Assembly: GCA_951406725.2 (NCBI GenBank)
Contig: OX597822.1
Span: 186,001 to 250,000 of the forward strand
Direction: 5' to 3'
Length of the DNA stretch: 64,000 nt
From: Octopus vulgaris
Taxonomy: Eukaryota
The notes beneath the pieces were generated by a model. That model was not told the origin of the DNA. It searched no databases and saw only the letters and a list, made by a program, of their open reading frames with translations. Below, in pieces: positions 63,085 to 64,000 of this stretch; the stretch's first letter is position 1; each line of letters starts with the position of its first letter. Made by a program: the position numbers and the translations under genes.

Positions 63085-63660
63085 ACGCCATGCATCCTCT
63101 TCCAAGTAAGTTTTATCTTAATTCTGATGCGCACTTTATACAATCTTTTTACTCTTTCATTTTTCTCTCGCTTATTCTTTTACCTCCTCTTCTCCCAATA
63201 TCCTATCCTATTACTCTGTCACTCTCCCTCACTCCTCCTCCATTGCTCACGTGATCACCGGTTATCTTTTTTCTAGTGTTTCTCTCCGTTGTAGCTGGAA
63301 CAAGAAAGACGTGTTTTTGTCTGTCTCCTGTCCAAGCTTGATTTATGCGTTCGCCACCACAACCTCGTTTGGGCTTAGTAGTACTTCCTGTTTGTTTTCA
63401 CTGTACTGTTTGTGTTACCAATTTTAACCCTCCGCAAAATCCCAAATTTATTTAATTTGCTTTGCAGGAGCAGCTGTTTTATCGAAAGCGTATATTGTTA
63501 AATGCTCGAAATACGAGAGTAGAAAAACAGCCAACAACTGATGAAAGGTCGTTCTTTATGTTGTTTGTCTTGTTTTTCATTTGTCTTTCGTTGTTCGAAA
63601 AAATAGTTCATATTCCATATACTTCGTATTTTTTTTATTGTACACGTTTCATGACATCCT
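63085..63660 (+). mobile_element. Probable PLE pseudo-LTR-like element with intron-like segment
   Basis: In (TA)n; CAA|GTAAGT at 63106 and tttgcag at 63467; degenerate hammerhead-like fold 63473-63531. Confidence 0.4.
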
Positions 63661-63674
63661 GTGCCCACATAGGC

Positions 63675-63715
<41 letters not shown>

Positions 63716-63794
63716 TATACGTATGTATATATGCATATATATCCTCGTCCGTTATCTCCCCTGACCACTGTCCTAAGTCAGGACGCCATGATAG

Positions 63795-63990
63795 ATCGTT
63801 AGCTCCTAAACGTATTTTTTTCTCTCCTTGTGTCTCTCCTTTTTTTTGTGTATCTTTCTGTCGAAGAGCGTACGCTCGAAACGTAAAAGACTTGTTCTAT
63901 TTCTATTCCTGAGCGCCATACTAAAATATTTGTTTGTTTGTACTCCACCTGCCTTCGTCTTTTGTTTATTTTCGTAAACCTTTCCATTAT
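63795..63990 (+). mobile_element. Short PLE-derived hammerhead repeat, related subfamily
   Basis: Same organisation as 7685-7876 (motif then cctgagcg...tttgt), ends in (TA)n. Confidence 0.6.
63853..63890 (+). ncRNA. Minimal hammerhead-like motif (variant core)
   Basis: tcttt-CTGTCGA-a-gagcg-ta-cgctc-GAAACGTA-aaaga; both stems perfect, core A6 replaced by T. Confidence 0.5.
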
Positions 63991-64000
63991 ATATATATAT

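Noticed and set aside
60821-63143. [12 protein letters not shown]-rich ORFs
   Set aside because: Translations of (TA)n, (TG)n and (CA)n microsatellites.

Overview
Eukaryotic, AT-rich, microsatellite- and transposon-dense DNA. The SINE/LINE families point to an octopus (coleoid cephalopod); this is an inference from repeat sequence. The window holds one complete host gene on the + strand, GET4/TRC35 (Golgi-to-ER traffic protein 4). It has nine GT-AG coding exons from ATG 4190 to TGA 58974 (945 nt, 314 aa) and a 30.4 kb first coding intron. Nearly everything else is mobile-element derived: an uninterrupted L1/Tx1-type RT frame at the left edge, a 5'-truncated RTE LINE with a PHD-like finger inside its RT region and a 62-bp hairpin tandem array in its 3'UTR, other RTE fragments, three or four tRNA-derived SINE families, a Tc1 transposase remnant, hAT- and piggyBac-type MITEs, a non-autonomous Helitron abutting the exon 3 acceptor, and a long-TIR Merlin-like foldback nested in a tiny mariner-like MITE. 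The most notable non-coding signals are short (TA)n-embedded elements carrying minimal hammerhead-ribozyme motifs with covarying stems, plus several near-perfect hairpins and inverted repeats in the GET4 pre-mRNA (candidate dsRNA/ADAR or small-RNA substrates). No CRISPR array, rRNA or bona fide tRNA was seen, and I cannot claim a wholly new system from sequence alone.
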